From IMG/VR virus record IMGVR_UViG_3300033052_000029, positions 1 to 55,253 of that record: a stretch of 55,253 bases of DNA; one strand, 5' to 3'. The notes under the pieces were generated by a model. The model ran no database searches. It saw only the letters and a list, made by a program, of their open reading frames with translations, and was not told the origin of the DNA. Shown here in pieces: positions 34,090 through 42,618 of the stretch (position 1 is the first letter of the stretch; every line of letters starts with the position of its first letter). The position numbers were made by a program, and so were the translations under genes. Source of the stretch: a virus. Lineage: Duplodnaviria; Caudoviricetes.

Positions 34090-34845
34090 ATGAAGCTCAA
34101 ACTTGACGCCGACGGCCATGTGGTCGTGCAAGACGGCAAACCGGTTTTCATTCACGACGATGGCAAGGAAGTGGCTTTCGACGCCCCTGGCACCATCCAG
34201 ACCATCAGCCGTTTGAACGCCGAGGCCCGCAGTCACCGCGAGCGCGCAGAAGCCGCCGAGACGAAGTACAAGCCGTTCGAAGGCATCGAGGACGCCGCGG
34301 CCGCGCGCAAGGCGCTCGACATCGTCAAGAACCTGGACCAGAAGAAGCTGATCGACGCCGGCGAGGTGGAAACCGTCAAGGCAGAGATCACCAAGGCATT
34401 CCAGACCCAGCTCGACCAGGCGACCAGCAAGGCGCAGACGCTCGAGCAAGCCCTGTACGCCGAGAAGATCGGCGGCTCGTTCGCTCGCTCGCCGCTGATT
34501 GTGGGCGACAAGGCCAAGCTCGCCATCCCCGCCGACCTGGTGCAGGCGCGCTTCGGCAGCGCCTTCAAGATCGAGGACGGCAAGGTCGTCGCGTACGACC
34601 CACAAGGCAACAAGATTTACTCCCGCTCGAAACCGGGTGAACTGGCCGACTTCGACGAAGCGCTCGACGTGCTGGTCGACATGTATCCGCACAAGGATTC
34701 GATCCTGAAGGGCTCGGGCGCATCGGGTGGCGGCGCCGGCGGTGGCGGTGGCCAGCAGCAGGGGCCGAAAGGCAATTTCGGTGGCGATCGCAAGGACCGT
34801 ACCGCAGCCATCGGTGCGATGTTCCCCGACCTGCCGAAGAACTGA
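34090..34845 (+). CDS. Capsid scaffolding protein
   Basis: Coiled coil, Gly-rich C-terminal linker, directly upstream of the major capsid gene. Confidence 0.8.
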   Translation: MKLKLDADGHVVVQDGKPVFIHDDGKEVAFDAPGTIQTISRLNAEARSHRERAEAAETKYKPFEGIEDAAAARKALDIVKNLDQKKLIDAGEVETVKAEITKAFQTQLDQATSKAQTLEQALYAEKIGGSFARSPLIVGDKAKLAIPADLVQARFGSAFKIEDGKVVAYDPQGNKIYSRSKPGELADFDEALDVLVDMYPHKDSILKGSGASGGGAGGGGGQQQGPKGNFGGDRKDRTAAIGAMFPDLPKN

Positions 34846-34868
34846 CGCAGCACGAACACAGGTTCAAG

Positions 34869-34892
34869 GGCCTCCCGCGTGGAGGCCTTTTT
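34869..34892 (+). terminator. Intrinsic terminator between scaffold and capsid genes
   Basis: GGCCTCC-cgcgt-GGAGGCC-TTTTT. Confidence 0.75.
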
Positions 34893-34895
34893 ATT

Positions 34896-34940
34896 GCCGG
34901 CTATCTCGGATGAGGGCGGCGCACTGAGGTGGATGCCTCA
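34896..34940 (+). promoter_or_regulatory. Two GGAU-tetraloop hairpins in the capsid leader
   Basis: CTC-GGAT-GAG inside GCCG/CGGC; TGAGGT-GGAT-GCCTCA. Confidence 0.65.
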
Positions 34941-34979
34941 ATCAATGTTTCTCATAGACAACCACGATAAGGAATCATC

Positions 34980-35948
34980 ATGTCCCTCTCCCAGATGCAG
35001 GTGTTCAACTCCTACATTATGCCGGCGACCATCGAGACGCTGGCCCAGATGGTCGACAAGTTCAACGAAGCGTCGAACGGCACCATCCGCCTGACGACCG
35101 AAGGCTTCGACGGCGACTTCCTGCAGGAGTCGTTCTTCGCTGCCATCCATTCGGCTCAGCGCCGCGTGAACCGCTACGCCGCCCAGGCTGCCGCGACCCC
35201 GACCGACCTGACCCAGCTGAAAATGTCGGCCGTCAAGGTCGCCGGCGGCTTCGGTCCGATCCGCTTCGAGCCGTCGCAGCTGACCTGGCTGAACAAACCG
35301 ACCGCGGAAGGCATCGAAGTCGCCTCGCGCAACTTCGCCGAAGCCCTGCTGGCTGATCAGCTCAACACCGCAATCGCCGCCCTCGCCGCAGCGATCAGCA
35401 ACCAGGCCGCCGCAACGAACGACGTGTCGGCCACCGCCGGCATCGACTACTCGGCCATCAACGGCGCGCATGCCAAGTTCGGCGATGCATCGGGCCAGAT
35501 CGTCGCCAACGTCCTGACCGGCGCCGTGTTCCACCGCCTGATCGGCCAGAACCTGGCCAACGCCAAGAACCTGTTCGAAGCGCGCAACGTGCAGGTGGTC
35601 GACATCCTCGGCCGCGCCATGATCGTCACCGACGCCCCGGCACTGTACGTGGCCGGCACCCCGAACAAGCAGCGCGTACTCGGCCTGGTCGAAGGCGCAG
35701 CCACCGTGTTCGACGGCTCGGACATCATCAGCAACATCCAGACCAGCAACGGCCAGACCCGCATCGAAACCACGATGCAGGTCGACTACACCTTCGGCCT
35801 GGCCCTGCGCGGCTACACCTGGGACGAAGCGAACGGCGGCAAGTCGCCGACCGACGCCGCCCTGGCTACCGGCTCGAACTGGGACAAGGTCGCCACCAGC
35901 ATCAAGCAAACCGCCGGCGTCATCGCCATCGGCGACGAAGCGAAGTAA
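34980..35948 (+). CDS. Major capsid protein
   Basis: 322 aa, strongly biased codons, FNEASNGTIRL and GYTWD..NGGKSPTDAALATGSNWDKV motifs; followed by a terminator. Confidence 0.88.
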   Translation: MSLSQMQVFNSYIMPATIETLAQMVDKFNEASNGTIRLTTEGFDGDFLQESFFAAIHSAQRRVNRYAAQAAATPTDLTQLKMSAVKVAGGFGPIRFEPSQLTWLNKPTAEGIEVASRNFAEALLADQLNTAIAALAAAISNQAAATNDVSATAGIDYSAINGAHAKFGDASGQIVANVLTGAVFHRLIGQNLANAKNLFEARNVQVVDILGRAMIVTDAPALYVAGTPNKQRVLGLVEGAATVFDGSDIISNIQTSNGQTRIETTMQVDYTFGLALRGYTWDEANGGKSPTDAALATGSNWDKVATSIKQTAGVIAIGDEAK

Positions 35949-35954
35949 TACTCT

Positions 35955-35983
35955 AGGCTGGGCCCTTCGGGGCTCGGTCTTTT
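35955..35983 (+). terminator. Terminator after the capsid gene
   Basis: GC stem with TTCG loop and T run. Confidence 0.7.
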
Positions 35984-35995
35984 CACGGAGACACC

Positions 35996-36184
35996 ATGAG
36001 CAAATCCGAGAACGTCATCTACGAGCCGCACCCGGTTTCGCCGGAGCGCAAGGCAGAGCTGCGCGCCGAGGGCCTACGCATCATCGACATCCAGTTCAAG
36101 CCGACCGACGTCGAGCCTGAAGCGCAAGCCGAGGCTGCAGCCGAACCGCAGCCAGCTCCGCGCGGCCGCAAGACCAGCAAGTAA
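35996..36184 (+). CDS. Small head-associated protein
   Basis: YEPHPVSPERKAELRAEG; follows the capsid gene. Confidence 0.75.
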   Translation: MSKSENVIYEPHPVSPERKAELRAEGLRIIDIQFKPTDVEPEAQAEAAAEPQPAPRGRKTSK

Positions 36185-36205
36185 CCGAACACACAGGAAT
36201 CCACT

Positions 36206-38212
36206 ATGCCAACCGTCAGCCAAGGCGCATCCGCAACCGTCGACATCGCAATCGGGCAGAAGCTGTCCGTCTCCACCACAGGCGAAGCCTATGTCGATAT
36301 CGTGGCCGGGCCAATTGGCGCGGGTTATACCTCCAAGCGCGTGCTCAATGGGGCGATGACGTTCGGGCCGTATGGCGTAGCGGCAAAGGTGCGGGTGCGG
36401 GCGGTGAGCGGCACGGCGACCTATGAGGGGGCGAGTGAGATTGTGCCGGCGCAGATGCTGATTGGCCCATCCGGCAATGTAACCGGGCTGGTGGCGCCGG
36501 ATGGGAAGGCGATTTCGCTGGGGCCGCGCTCGGCGGCTGGCGATGCCATCCTGACGAAATACGGCGTCACCGCTTTTGACATCTGCCGCGCGCCCGGTGT
36601 CGGCAACACGATGCTGATTGGCACGACCGACATCGCCTCGCACGCGCCATCAAATGAGCGCCCGCGATTCTCAACTTATACCCGCAAGGTGGTGCTGGGC
36701 GCAACTGGCAATTCACAGATGCGCTTCGTGCAGATGAACGCCTTTGATCCCGATCCGGTCGAGAAGGCGTTTTCCGTGTCCATCTACCTAGAAAGCGTCC
36801 CGAACGAGTTTGCAGGCGCAGGACTAACCCCTTACGTCGACGTTGAACTGAGCGCCAGTAGCACGACCAATGCCGGCTCCAACTATTCGCGCTGGAGTTT
36901 CAACAGCGCCAGCCTGCGTCAAGGCTGGAACGTGCTCAAGTTGCGCCAGGCTGACACCGTTAGCTCAACGCCTGGCGCGGGTAATCTGCCTGTTGGCGTC
37001 ACGCACCCCGCTGACATTGGCACCGGGTTCGACTGGAATGCGGGCCAAGCGCGCTATCTGTCTCTGCGCTTCACCAACATGGCGGGGCAAACCGTCCACA
37101 TCGACCAGATTCGCAAGCCCGCCAAGGCAAAACCGATCCTCGTGCTCGGATTCGACGCCAACGGCGCAAGCCTGAACGACTCGATTTTCGTTAGCAAGGT
37201 CGCGCCACTGCTGGCGAAGTACAACATGCGCAGCTATGTCACCCTGACGAACATCTACGAGATGATCTATTCGGGCAGCACGGCATGGAAGCGCATCGCC
37301 AGCCTGTACAACAACTACGGCTGGGACGTTATCAATCATACGTGGTCGCATGGCGGCACCGAAGTCGGGCGCAATACCACCCTGGCATCGCTCGCAGCCA
37401 ATGCCGATGTGGTGACGGCCACCTTCGCCAGCGCGCACGGCATCACCTTGGGCAATACCTTCCGCGCGAAGATTTCCGGCGCTTCCATTGGCGCTGCCAA
37501 CGGTGTGTTCGAGATGGTCGCCAACACGGCCACGACCGCCACCTATACCGCAGCCGGCGCAGGCACTGCAACGGCCACCGGCACGATCCTGCTGTGTACG
37601 TTCCTGAGCGAAGTCTTCGGCACGGATACGGCTGAAAATCGCCGCTTGTGGAAGCACGAGGTTGCGGATATTTCGCAAACCATGCGCAGCGTCGGCTTTG
37701 CCCGTGCGGCTGGCTTCCTCGCCTATCCGAACAACTCGGCACCGGAACTGAACGTGCTTCAGTACGGATGCAACGAGGCGGGCATCAAGATCGGGCGCGG
37801 CTACCGTAACGGATACACCGTGGTCAACGAATTCGGCATCGACAACCCGCTGCACTGCGGCAGCTTCGAGATGGGGTCGGGCGCGACCGCAACCCAGACT
37901 TCCACACTGGAAGCGAAGATCGCGGGCGCGATTGCCCGTGGCGAGCATATCCAGATTTACGGGCATTTCATTCTGGATGACACCGATCCGGCCAATGCTT
38001 CGTATGCGCCGCTACAGGCCAACGGCGACGAATATCCGCCCGGTTCCAACGGCAACCCGAACCCGCCAGCAGCGGGCGCAACTGGTGTTGGCGGCTGGTG
38101 GTACTTCAGCCAGCTCAAGCGACTGATTGACGGCACCGTTGGCCCTGCCGTGCAACGTGGCGACCTGCTGGTTATGTCGCCGTCCGAATATCTGGCTTTC
38201 ATGGGGTACTGA
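36206..38212 (+). CDS. 668-aa protein with a polysaccharide deacetylase (CE4/NodB)-like domain
   Basis: LVLGFD, GWDVINHTWSH, FLAYPNN, IYGH motifs; beta-rich N-terminal half. Confidence 0.72.
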   Translation: MPTVSQGASATVDIAIGQKLSVSTTGEAYVDIVAGPIGAGYTSKRVLNGAMTFGPYGVAAKVRVRAVSGTATYEGASEIVPAQMLIGPSGNVTGLVAPDGKAISLGPRSAAGDAILTKYGVTAFDICRAPGVGNTMLIGTTDIASHAPSNERPRFSTYTRKVVLGATGNSQMRFVQMNAFDPDPVEKAFSVSIYLESVPNEFAGAGLTPYVDVELSASSTTNAGSNYSRWSFNSASLRQGWNVLKLRQADTVSSTPGAGNLPVGVTHPADIGTGFDWNAGQARYLSLRFTNMAGQTVHIDQIRKPAKAKPILVLGFDANGASLNDSIFVSKVAPLLAKYNMRSYVTLTNIYEMIYSGSTAWKRIASLYNNYGWDVINHTWSHGGTEVGRNTTLASLAANADVVTATFASAHGITLGNTFRAKISGASIGAANGVFEMVANTATTATYTAAGAGTATATGTILLCTFLSEVFGTDTAENRRLWKHEVADISQTMRSVGFARAAGFLAYPNNSAPELNVLQYGCNEAGIKIGRGYRNGYTVVNEFGIDNPLHCGSFEMGSGATATQTSTLEAKIAGAIARGEHIQIYGHFILDDTDPANASYAPLQANGDEYPPGSNGNPNPPAAGATGVGGWWYFSQLKRLIDGTVGPAVQRGDLLVMSPSEYLAFMGY

Positions 38213-38213
38213 C

Positions 38214-38435
38214 ATGCAAATCGCAAAAGTTGAAGTTGTGCAGGCGATCCGCATCCCGGCTGGCTCGGTGCTAGACGGCGCAACGCTCGACGCAGCAACG
38301 TGGGTCCATGACGGGGCACATGAAGTCGATCTCGATCTCGTGCGCGAAAGGATGTGGGATACATACGGCTACGTCTCCATCATCGAGATCGACGGGCAGC
38401 CTCACGTTCAAGGCGCATGCTGCGGCGATCACTGA
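38214..38435 (+). CDS. Hypothetical protein
   Basis: 73 aa directly after the previous stop. Confidence 0.6.
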   Translation: MQIAKVEVVQAIRIPAGSVLDGATLDAATWVHDGAHEVDLDLVRERMWDTYGYVSIIEIDGQPHVQGACCGDH

Positions 38436-38486
38436 CCATGACCACACGCCAAATCACCCCGCCAGCCTCGCACACAGGAGCCTAGC

Positions 38487-38984
38487 ATGCCCCTCATCAC
38501 CGAAACCGGCGCCGGCCTGGCTGACGCCGAGAGCTACTGTGCCGTCTCGTTTGCCGACCAGTACCACGCCGAGCGCGGCAATACCGCATGGGACGGACTG
38601 GAATCGACGCAGAAGGAGGCGAACCTGCGTGTCGCCACCGAATACATGCTGACCACCTACCGCGAGAAGTGGAAGGGCACCCGCACCACGAGCACGCAGG
38701 CGCTGGACTGGCCGCGCGTCGAGGTTGTGGTCGACAAGTTCGAGCTGGCCGGCGACGTGGTGCCGGCCGAGGTGCGGAAGGCCTGCGCGATCCTAGCCCT
38801 GAAGGCGATCAAGGGCGAGCTCGATCCGGACCCGACGCCAGCCGTGAAGCGCACGAAGGTCGATGTGCTGGAGAAGGAGTACTTCGAGCCTTCCGCCAAG
38901 GCGAGGCCGCACAAGGCCGTGGACGACCTGCTGCAGCCGTTCCTGGCTGGCATGAGCATGAACGTGCGACTGGTGCGCGCGTAG
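38487..38984 (+). CDS. Head-tail adaptor (DnaT_2-like)
   Basis: ETGAGLADAESY, QALDWPR, VPAEVRKAC. Confidence 0.8.
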   Translation: MPLITETGAGLADAESYCAVSFADQYHAERGNTAWDGLESTQKEANLRVATEYMLTTYREKWKGTRTTSTQALDWPRVEVVVDKFELAGDVVPAEVRKACAILALKAIKGELDPDPTPAVKRTKVDVLEKEYFEPSAKARPHKAVDDLLQPFLAGMSMNVRLVRA

Positions 38985-38993
38985 GAGAACACG

Positions 38994-39251
38994 ATGAGCG
39001 CCGACACCCCCGAAGAGTGGACTGAGGAGCAGAACTCCTTGTTCACGCGCCTGCACAAGATGGTGTCCGAGACGCAGTCCGTGTTCATGCACCCGGACGC
39101 GCCGCGCCTGGGTGATAAGGAATGGGCAACGGTGGCCTGGAACGTGGCCTGGACCGTAGCGCACATGCTCGGCACCGATGACCCGATGGTCTTTGTCGAC
39201 GCCGACAGCGGCGATCCGCTGGCCATTGAGAACCCGGGAGTGCTGCAATGA
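38994..39251 (+). CDS. Hypothetical protein
   Basis: 85 aa, AGGAG RBS. Confidence 0.65.
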   Translation: MSADTPEEWTEEQNSLFTRLHKMVSETQSVFMHPDAPRLGDKEWATVAWNVAWTVAHMLGTDDPMVFVDADSGDPLAIENPGVLQ

Positions 39252-39613
39252 GCTTCGACTACGACGACGCGGCCGCGACCGCCGACGAGCTGCTGGCCGA
39301 GTTCGGGCAGACGTGCGTCCTCGGCTCGGTCGCGGATGGCGAATACGACCCTGAGCAAAGCACCGCCGGCCCGGTCAGCACGGCGCACGAGGTCACCGCA
39401 GCGCTGCTGGCCTACCCGCAGAAATTCGTCGACGGCACGCTGATCCGCGCTGGCGACAAGCGCGCGCTGGTGTCGCCGCTGGGCCTGACGGTCACGCCAA
39501 AGCCCGGCGACACGCTGACCGACGCCGCCGGCGCCGTGCATCAGGTGATCGATGCGAAACCGCTGGCACCGGCCGGCACGGTGGTGCTGTGGACGCTGCA
39601 GGTGCGCCGGTGA
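39248..39613 (+). CDS. Head closure/stopper protein
   Basis: LLAEFGQ, YDP, VDGTLIRAGD, LQVRR; synteny. Confidence 0.75.
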   Translation: MSFDYDDAAATADELLAEFGQTCVLGSVADGEYDPEQSTAGPVSTAHEVTAALLAYPQKFVDGTLIRAGDKRALVSPLGLTVTPKPGDTLTDAAGAVHQVIDAKPLAPAGTVVLWTLQVRR

Positions 39614-40044
39614 GTGGCGGCTGGAGCATCCCGCTCGAGGAGCTGGCCGCCAAGGTGCAGCTCGACCTGGAAACGGTGGCGCGCAAGTCGACGCTCGACG
39701 TGTTTCGCGCTGTCGGCTTGGGTTCGCCAGTCGATACCGGGCGCTTTCGCGCGAACCTTAACGTCAGCTACGGCGCGCCAGACACCACCGTGACCGCGAG
39801 CACCGACGCCATGCGCTTCGAGCAGGAGGCGCAGAAGGCGATGACGCTGCCCGTTGGCGGCGTGGTCTACATCACGAACGCGCTGCCCTATGCCGCAGTG
39901 CTGGAGTACGGCGGCTACCCGAACCCGCCGAAGAACCCGACCGGGAAGACGCAGAACGGCTTTTCGATCCAGGCGCCGCAAGGCATGTTCCGCATCGCCG
40001 CGCTGCGCTACAACGAATACGTCAAGAAGGCACTAGGCAAATGA
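39610..40044 (+). CDS. HK97 gp10-like neck/tail-completion protein
   Basis: SPVDTGRFRAN, ITNALPYAAVLEYG, SIQAPQGM. Confidence 0.85.
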   Translation: MSGGWSIPLEELAAKVQLDLETVARKSTLDVFRAVGLGSPVDTGRFRANLNVSYGAPDTTVTASTDAMRFEQEAQKAMTLPVGGVVYITNALPYAAVLEYGGYPNPPKNPTGKTQNGFSIQAPQGMFRIAALRYNEYVKKALGK

Positions 40045-40406
40045 GAGTGACACGCATCCCCGGCGACCACAACGATATCGGCGACAAGCCGTGCCGCGTC
40101 CACCTGAACGAGGCGGAAATCACCGACTGGACCGTCGCCGACGACTTCCGCCGCGTGGTGGAGACGCCAGCCGGCGCACGGTTCGGCGCAGTGCGCATCG
40201 ATATGCAGCCGGATGCCGGTCAGTCAGCGGAGGAGGTGGCAACGCACCTTTGCGGCGTGTTTGTCGCTGACCCGAAGCCGGCAGCGCCTGCAATCGAGGT
40301 GATTGAGGTTCCGGCACCTACGCCAGCGCCTGCACCTGCACCGACCTACGCCGCGCCGAAAGTGGCAGTCAAGCCCGCAGCACCCCGGAAGAAGCGGAGC
40401 CGCTGA
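40041..40406 (+). CDS. Hypothetical protein
   Basis: 121 aa, coupled on both sides, Pro-rich tail. Confidence 0.6.
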   Translation: MRVTRIPGDHNDIGDKPCRVHLNEAEITDWTVADDFRRVVETPAGARFGAVRIDMQPDAGQSAEEVATHLCGVFVADPKPAAPAIEVIEVPAPTPAPAPAPTYAAPKVAVKPAAPRKKRSR

Positions 40407-40822
40407 TGTCCGACCAGATCATCCGCGCCGCCTTCGAGACGCGCCTCGCTGCCTGGGCTGCCGCGCAGGTGCCGCCGATCCCGATCGCCTACGAGAACGC
40501 ACCGTTCACGCCGCCGTCTGGCCGCTACGCGCGCTGCTTCCTGATGCCGGCGCCCGCTGCGAACGAGATGCTGAACGGCGAGCACCGCCGGCGCATGGGT
40601 GTGTTCCAAGTGAGCCTGTGCATGCCGATCGGAACCGGGCCGGCAGCCGGCGCCGCACTGGCTGCGTCGCTCGATGCGGCATTCCCGCTGACAGCGCCGA
40701 TGCTGCGCGATGGCCTGCGCATCTTCCTGCTCTCGCCCATGTCGGCGGCGCCGGCGCAACAAGAACCCGACCGCTACGTCGTCCCGGTGTCGTGCACCTA
40801 CCGCGCCGACCAGATCGTTTAA
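40406..40822 (+). CDS. Tail terminator-like protein
   Basis: IAYENAPFTPP, GVFQVSL..PIGTG, VPVSCTYRAD. Confidence 0.8.
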   Translation: MSDQIIRAAFETRLAAWAAAQVPPIPIAYENAPFTPPSGRYARCFLMPAPAANEMLNGEHRRRMGVFQVSLCMPIGTGPAAGAALAASLDAAFPLTAPMLRDGLRIFLLSPMSAAPAQQEPDRYVVPVSCTYRADQIV

Positions 40823-40853
40823 CCCGCAACCTCACTCCTAGGAGTCTCGTCGC

Positions 40854-41081
40854 ATGAGTGACCAAGCCGTAATGGCCCATTTCGGGCTGAAGCAAACCGA
40901 CTACGAAACTTCCACCCTCCAAGATGTAGCTGCAGCCGCGAAGGAGTTTCAGCGGCTCCTGAACAGCGTGCCTCATCTGGTCGAGGTCGAGATGGACGTC
41001 GTGCGTCAGCAAATTCTCGGGCTGGAAGACCGGAACCATTTTTCGTTCCGCATTACGACTGTGGGCAAGGTCTACCCATGA
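40854..41081 (+). CDS. Hypothetical protein
   Basis: 75 aa, AGGAG RBS. Confidence 0.55.
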   Translation: MSDQAVMAHFGLKQTDYETSTLQDVAAAAKEFQRLLNSVPHLVEVEMDVVRQQILGLEDRNHFSFRITTVGKVYP

Positions 41082-41170
41082 GCCAAGTCACCAAAGAGCT
41101 GCACCAGACCCTGATCCGCCTCCTGAAAGGCTGCCTGTCGGCCTGGGAGAAGTGGCTCGAAAAGCAGTAG
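41078..41170 (+). CDS. 30-aa amphipathic peptide
   Basis: MSQVTKELHQTLIRLLKGCLSAWEKWLEKQ; ATGA overlap. Confidence 0.55.
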   Translation: MSQVTKELHQTLIRLLKGCLSAWEKWLEKQ

Positions 41171-41240
41171 CACCACCCCTGAACCGCTGCCTCGCGGTCT
41201 GCAATGAGAAACGCAGACCAACGCCTCGCAGAAATCGATT

Positions 41241-41261
41241 GCCGCCTCGAGCGGCCTTTTT
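41241..41261 (+). terminator. Terminator before the tail tube gene
   Basis: GCCGC-ctcga-GCGGC-cTTTTT. Confidence 0.55.
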
Positions 41262-41282
41262 CATTTCTGAGAGGTAATTATT

Positions 41283-41927
41283 ATGAGTGTCAGCCTGCCC
41301 AACGGCGCAACCGTCGCCATCGCAACCGGCTATAGCGCATCGTCTGCAATCACCGCAGTTTCCAACGCCAACCCAGCCGTCGCCACCGTCACCGGCGGCG
41401 CCGTTACTACCGGCGACATCCTGGTCGTCAAGTCGGGCTGGTCCCGCCTGAACGACCGCGTCGTACGCGCTGCCGCCGGCGGCCCGGCCGTCACGCTGGA
41501 AGGCATCAACACCACCAACGTCGCCACCTACCCGGCAGGTACGGGCCTGGGCTCGCTGGTCGAAGTCACCGGCTGGCAGCAGATCACCCAGATTCTCGAG
41601 ACCTCGTCGAGCGGTGGTGAGCAGCAGTTCGTCACCTACGAGTTCCTGGAAGACGACGCACAACACCAGATCCCGACCGTCAAGTCGCCGGTGTCGTTCA
41701 AGTTCAAGATCGCCGACGACGCCAGCCTGGCGCACTACGCGATCCTGGACGCAGCCGACCTGTCGCGCACCCCGCAGGCCGTGCGCCTGATGCTGCCGAA
41801 CGGCTCGGTGATCTACTGGAACGCCTACGTGACCCTGTCGCGCACCCCGACCCTGACCAAGAACGAGGTTATGGGGATGGAGGTCACGATGTCGCTGGTG
41901 TCGGAAGTCACCCGCTACGCCGCCTAA
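41283..41927 (+). CDS. Major tail tube protein
   Basis: SLPNGAT, SNANPAVAT, SGWSRLNDR, SGGEQQF; precedes chaperones and tape measure. Confidence 0.88.
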   Translation: MSVSLPNGATVAIATGYSASSAITAVSNANPAVATVTGGAVTTGDILVVKSGWSRLNDRVVRAAAGGPAVTLEGINTTNVATYPAGTGLGSLVEVTGWQQITQILETSSSGGEQQFVTYEFLEDDAQHQIPTVKSPVSFKFKIADDASLAHYAILDAADLSRTPQAVRLMLPNGSVIYWNAYVTLSRTPTLTKNEVMGMEVTMSLVSEVTRYAA

Positions 41928-41978
41928 GCGGTAACCCGGGCGGCAGGCTCATCCCTGCCGCCATTTATAGGAGTCCAC

Positions 41979-42299
41979 ATGCTCAAGCTTCAAGCCGACC
42001 CGACTTTCATCTCGCCTGTCACGATCCCGACCCCGAAGGGCGATGTCGTGATCAAGATGGAATTCAAGCATCGCGACACCGACGAATATGAAGCTTTCGT
42101 GAAGCAGGAAGCCACGCTCGCGCGCAGCAACGAGGATGCGATCCTCGACCTGGCCTCGAACTGGTTCAACGTCGAAGGCGAATTCACCCGCGAGAACATC
42201 GCTAAGCTGTGCAAGCAGTACCACCAGGCCGCCAGGGTGATCGTCGAGACCTACATCCATGAGCTGACGCAGGCCAAGGTGGGAAACTCCGCGCGGTAG
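41979..42299 (+). CDS. Tail assembly chaperone (G-like)
   Basis: Position, and an in-frame slippery heptamer near its 3' end. Confidence 0.85.
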   Translation: MLKLQADPTFISPVTIPTPKGDVVIKMEFKHRDTDEYEAFVKQEATLARSNEDAILDLASNWFNVEGEFTRENIAKLCKQYHQAARVIVETYIHELTQAKVGNSAR

Positions 42300-42616
42300 C
42301 CGCCGTCCTCTACCGAAAGCCGCCAAGCAAGCAGGACAGCGCGGTCATGTCCTTCCTCGGACTGTCCGCTGACGACTACGTCGAGGAATCGACCGCCTGG
42401 GTGTGGCCTTGCAACGTGCAGGCCGTCAACCTGTTCGTCCAACTCGGCACGCAATGGCTGGTCGGACCAGGCGGACCCTACGGGCTGAACTACGCCGTGC
42501 TGTACCAGAAGCTCGACCGGCTCGGCGTCAGCCGGGAAGAGGCCGAACGGCTGGAAGAAGACATTCGCGTCCTTGAGGACGCAGCGCTCGAAACCATGCG
42601 CAAAGACCAGGAGTAA
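42281..42616 (+). CDS. Tail chaperone T-like segment reached by -1 frameshift (DUF1799-like)
   Basis: G GGA AAC at 42281-42287; -1 frame open to 42616; VWPCN...TQW...GLNY motif. Confidence 0.82.
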   Translation, partial: GKLRAVAAVLYRKPPSKQDSAVMSFLGLSADDYVEESTAWVWPCNVQAVNLFVQLGTQWLVGPGGPYGLNYAVLYQKLDRLGVSREEAERLEEDIRVLEDAALETMRKDQE

Positions 42617-42618
42617 CC

